Source of the DNA: Eledone cirrhosa
Lineage: Eukaryota
Length of the DNA stretch: 64,000 bases
Assembly: GCA_964016885.1 (NCBI GenBank)
Contig: OZ024742.1
Coordinates: 310,930,001 to 310,994,000, forward strand
Direction of reading: 5' to 3'
Under the pieces are notes generated by a model. That model was not told where the DNA came from. It made no database searches and was given only the letters and a program-made list of their open reading frames with translations. Within the stretch, counting starts at the first letter, position 1. Each line of letters opens with the position of its first letter. Of the stretch, positions 60,596 through 64,000 are shown piece after piece. The position numbers were made by a program, and so were the translations under genes.

Positions 60596-61289
60596 GTCTT
60601 TAGCTCTCTCTCTCTCTCTCACTCTCGTCTTTAGCTCTCTCTCTCTCTTATCTTTAGCTCTGTCCCTGTTCACATGAGACCAATGTCTTCATTACTTTCC
60701 TCCATACTGGGTTCCTTTAACCTTTGACCTCACATATATCTGTTCTTTCGTTTGTCACATTTATATTCACCCTTTTTTTAATTAATCTTCTTATAGTTTT
60801 CTATATGTTTGTTATCAGTTTTTTCCATAAATTTGTTTATATAGTGTGGAGATGCTTATGACTATATCTCTATTGTCATTGGTTTCTCACTGGTTACTTT
60901 TTTTGCTTATTACATATTGTTTTTAGTTCATATTTATCTATTCTGAACTTCTTTCACATACTTTCCTTGACAGAAGTTACTTCAAAAACTATTCTTCAAT
61001 TCCTTTTTCTTTCAATCCATCTATCTATCTGTCTGTCTGTCTATCTATCTATAACTGATTCTATCTCTATCTACCTCTGGGATTGACACACGCGTATAAC
61101 TTGCTGAGTAAGTTCTGTTTAAATTTCTATAGAAATTCTTGTCTGTAAACTTTAATTTGTGTACCATTTTGTAGAGGGATTGCCAGGTCAAACTTTGATC
61201 TGGTCAGTCTCTCAAAATATTCTACGCCTTTAGGCGAAATAGTTAAACAAAAAAAGTTTTTTCTTGTTGAAAAGTTAACATTTTTTAAA

Positions 61290-62912
61290 ATGGCTGAAGC
61301 TTCTTCACCAAGATTCGAAGGAGGAAAGGGGAAGATAAACTTACAGCTTCCCCCTGCCACTGTCACAGTAGCAGAGGTCAAAAAGAAAGGTCAACCAGAG
61401 GAAGTATTTTCTCCACCTGTTGACCGACAACTTGACGTTGCCATGGCAACAACCCAAAGAACCAGCGGCAACAGCAACAACAACAACAATGCGACGGACG
61501 AAAACAACACCAATAACAATAACAACAACAAGACCAACAACTGTGATAACAACAACAATGATAACAACAACACCACCAACTACAACAGCAACACAAACAA
61601 AAAAAATTTCTCCTTCGCCGAGACGACAAGGAAAACCCTCGACTATCTGCCAGTAGATATAACCAAAGCGAAGGAGCTACTGGCAGATGCCAAAAAATAT
61701 ATAGTGTACGGGGAAAATGGTTCATTCACGATCCATTCCCCCCCCCCCCCGGAACTAAAAAGCCAGAGACTCCTAAACACTGTCATGTTTAGGACAATCT
61801 CGAATAAAAGCAAAAAACCAGCTCAACCATCACAGAGTGAGATAGAGCTGGTTTTAAAAGACGTCATGAAGGACATCACCTTCATTCAGAAGGATAGACT
61901 CTACGGGAGTCTATCCATTCTCATGAAGGACAGGGACACAGCAGTGAAACTGTCCATCAAACCAATCACATCCACCGCATACACCTTCTACCCTACGTAC
62001 ATGGGTAGAAGAACACAAAAAATAAAAATCCACACCATCCTGCCGATTATGGACATACGGTGGGTTTTTACAGGTTTCCTGGACCTGGATGATGACACGC
62101 TGGTGTCCATGGGAAAGGCATCGGGTGACGCGTTCAGTGGAACGATCCTCGAACTTGTAGTTCAAATGAGGCCCGAAAGGATCGCCCAGATCCCTGAACG
62201 CGTCATACTGGATGATCAAACTTTCATCAACATTACCGTTGAGGGTAGGCGGCCCTCGTGTTACCTCTGCGGAACCAGGGGTCACCTGAGCGCTGTCTGT
62301 CCCCAACTTAATAAGAAAACCCCAATCCTGCCTACACCACCAACAACTGCACAACCAACACAATCACCACAACTACCACTACAAAAACAACCACCACAGC
62401 TCAAACCAAAACAAAACAATGTCCAACCCATCCCCCCCACTCTAAAAACAAAAACAATTTCCAAAACCCCCGCACCGCAAACACAACCCGAAAATATACC
62501 CCTCCCCTCCAACGCGGAAGATGACCCTAGTTCGTCGTCGGACGAGGAGGAGCACTTCCACACAATCAAAAAAAAAAAAAGAAAACACACCTCAGACACA
62601 CAAATGAAAACAACCCCTCCCCAAAACATAACACTGACACCAACACAAAAGAGCTCACAACAACAGCAAACAAAAAACACCACACAAAAACAAAAACATG
62701 CATACACATACATAAACACAAGAAACAAAAAACTGTTAAACATTGTGTACAACAACAATCTAATAAAAACCCAAGGGCCTAACTTCACCCAGGCAGGGGA
62801 TTTCCCCCACCTCAAAATGATTAAGGCCCCACAGGACACCTATAAAACTTTAAAAAACAACTTTAAAGAGGACGTGGGTCCCCCCCCCCCCCCCCTGCGT
62901 CGGGCCCATTAA
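61290..62912 (+). CDS. Tx1/L1-clade LINE ORF1 (gag-like, CCHC knuckle), 540 aa
   Basis: CYLCGTRGHLSAVC knuckle, Asn- and Pro/Thr/Gln-rich regions, directly upstream of an APE ORF. Confidence 0.85.
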   Translation: MAEASSPRFEGGKGKINLQLPPATVTVAEVKKKGQPEEVFSPPVDRQLDVAMATTQRTSGNSNNNNNATDENNTNNNNNNKTNNCDNNNNDNNNTTNYNSNTNKKNFSFAETTRKTLDYLPVDITKAKELLADAKKYIVYGENGSFTIHSPPPPELKSQRLLNTVMFRTISNKSKKPAQPSQSEIELVLKDVMKDITFIQKDRLYGSLSILMKDRDTAVKLSIKPITSTAYTFYPTYMGRRTQKIKIHTILPIMDIRWVFTGFLDLDDDTLVSMGKASGDAFSGTILELVVQMRPERIAQIPERVILDDQTFINITVEGRRPSCYLCGTRGHLSAVCPQLNKKTPILPTPPTTAQPTQSPQLPLQKQPPQLKPKQNNVQPIPPTLKTKTISKTPAPQTQPENIPLPSNAEDDPSSSSDEEEHFHTIKKKKRKHTSDTQMKTTPPQNITLTPTQKSSQQQQTKNTTQKQKHAYTYINTRNKKLLNIVYNNNLIKTQGPNFTQAGDFPHLKMIKAPQDTYKTLKNNFKEDVGPPPPPLRRAH

Positions 62913-63115
62913 CCGCGTCCTCCTAAAAAAACTACCCCACCCCCTCCCCAAACACCCACACAACTCCAAACTCCCCAACCACACAACACACTGATGCCCC
63001 TACACTTCCACAAACCACCACCCCACCCAACAACCCATCCCCCACCCTAATGGAAATTGTGCAGCCCGATACCCGGGACGCAGAGAGGTAAGTGCCTTTT
63101 CTCTTAACCACCAAC

Positions 63116-64000
63116 ATGGCTATGCTAAGAGTAGGCTGTTTAAATTCGCGTGGCCTGGGCTCAACTTGGAAGCAAGCAATGCTTCTAAATGACCTCAGGT
63201 CACAACGTATAGATGTGATGGTTATTTGCGAGGCCCGGATCAGCAACGTGCGACAGCTGGCCCCCACCTTTGATGACTTTGAGATGCACGCATCTCTCTG
63301 TCAGCCCGGAGGTGGGGGTGGGGTTGTCGTTCTGCTGCAAAAACATCTGGGTCTCGCAACACAGATGGTACATTTGGGCCCGGAGGGTCGACTAGTGGTT
63401 CTGGACCTTGGCAGTGGTAAAGGCGGAGCGTTTAGGTTGGGAGCTGTCTACGGCCCTTTCGGGTCAATGCGGCCGGACTTCTTCCATCGTCTGGAGACTT
63501 TTCTAGGGACGTTCCGCTCCTTGCTATTAGTGGGGGACTGGAATGGTATCCTAGATGCACGCTGGGACTACGTAGGGGCCTGTCCCGATAGAGAGGGGAT
63601 AGAAAGGGTTAATCGGTCGATTTGACCTGGCCGATAGATATCGACTAGATTTTCCGACTGCGCCAACCTGGACTTGGGCAAATCGTAGCGGATCATCTAG
63701 GTCGTACCTAGATAGGTTCTTAGTTAGAATTAAGGATAAGGACTTTTTAAGTTGTCCAAAAATGCGCATGGTTGGCTATTCAGACCACAAATTAGTGACC
63801 TGCATGGTCAACCTTGACAGAACTCATAGACAGGGACCCGGTTACTGGAAGCTCAACTTGTCCTTACCTGCAAGTAAGGCTTACAGGGACCGGATTAGCA
63901 CTTTAGTTAAGGAGCGGTTGACGGGCGCCATCGTCAACAGCAGGTGGTGGGGATCTCTCAAAAGAGAGATTAGAGTAGTCTCTATAGAATTTAGTAAGGA
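63116..64000 (+). pseudogene. Tx1/L1-clade LINE ORF2 N-terminus (APE endonuclease), frameshift near 63610, truncated by window edge
   Basis: GCLNSRGL, AVYGP, LLVGDWN, then shifted frame SYLDRFLV, GYSDHKLV, GPGYWKLN. Confidence 0.9.

Overview
AT-rich eukaryotic DNA saturated with microsatellites and almost entirely made of transposable elements. The SINE families look like those I recall from octopod cephalopods (inference, not verified). Most ORFs in the supplied track are translations of (TA)n/(TG)n/(TATG)n repeats. Real coding signal: an intact R4/Dong-type RT + restriction-like-endonuclease LINE (25493-28885) followed by three stacked 3' copies, a decayed second Dong, a Tx1/L1-type LINE running off the right edge, three Penelope-like (GIY-YIG) fragments, Helitron RepHel remnants, RTE/CR1 remnants and one candidate host terminal exon. 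The main signal is non-coding. About 15 type I hammerhead-ribozyme (HHR) motifs, intact or decayed, from roughly 10 unrelated sequence families sit in short elements bounded by (TA)n tracts. They have family-specific palindromic stem III, often a very long stem II, and usually a fold-back (inverted-duplicated) end. One locus (45125-46013) has two identical HHRs 422 nt apart, i.e. a retrozyme-like unit able in principle to release a circularisable RNA. Another (19416-20625) is a circularly permuted 595-bp unit. I read this as a TA-microsatellite-targeted Penelope/retrozyme ecosystem. All ribozyme calls are folded by eye and need Infernal/RNAfold and cleavage assays.
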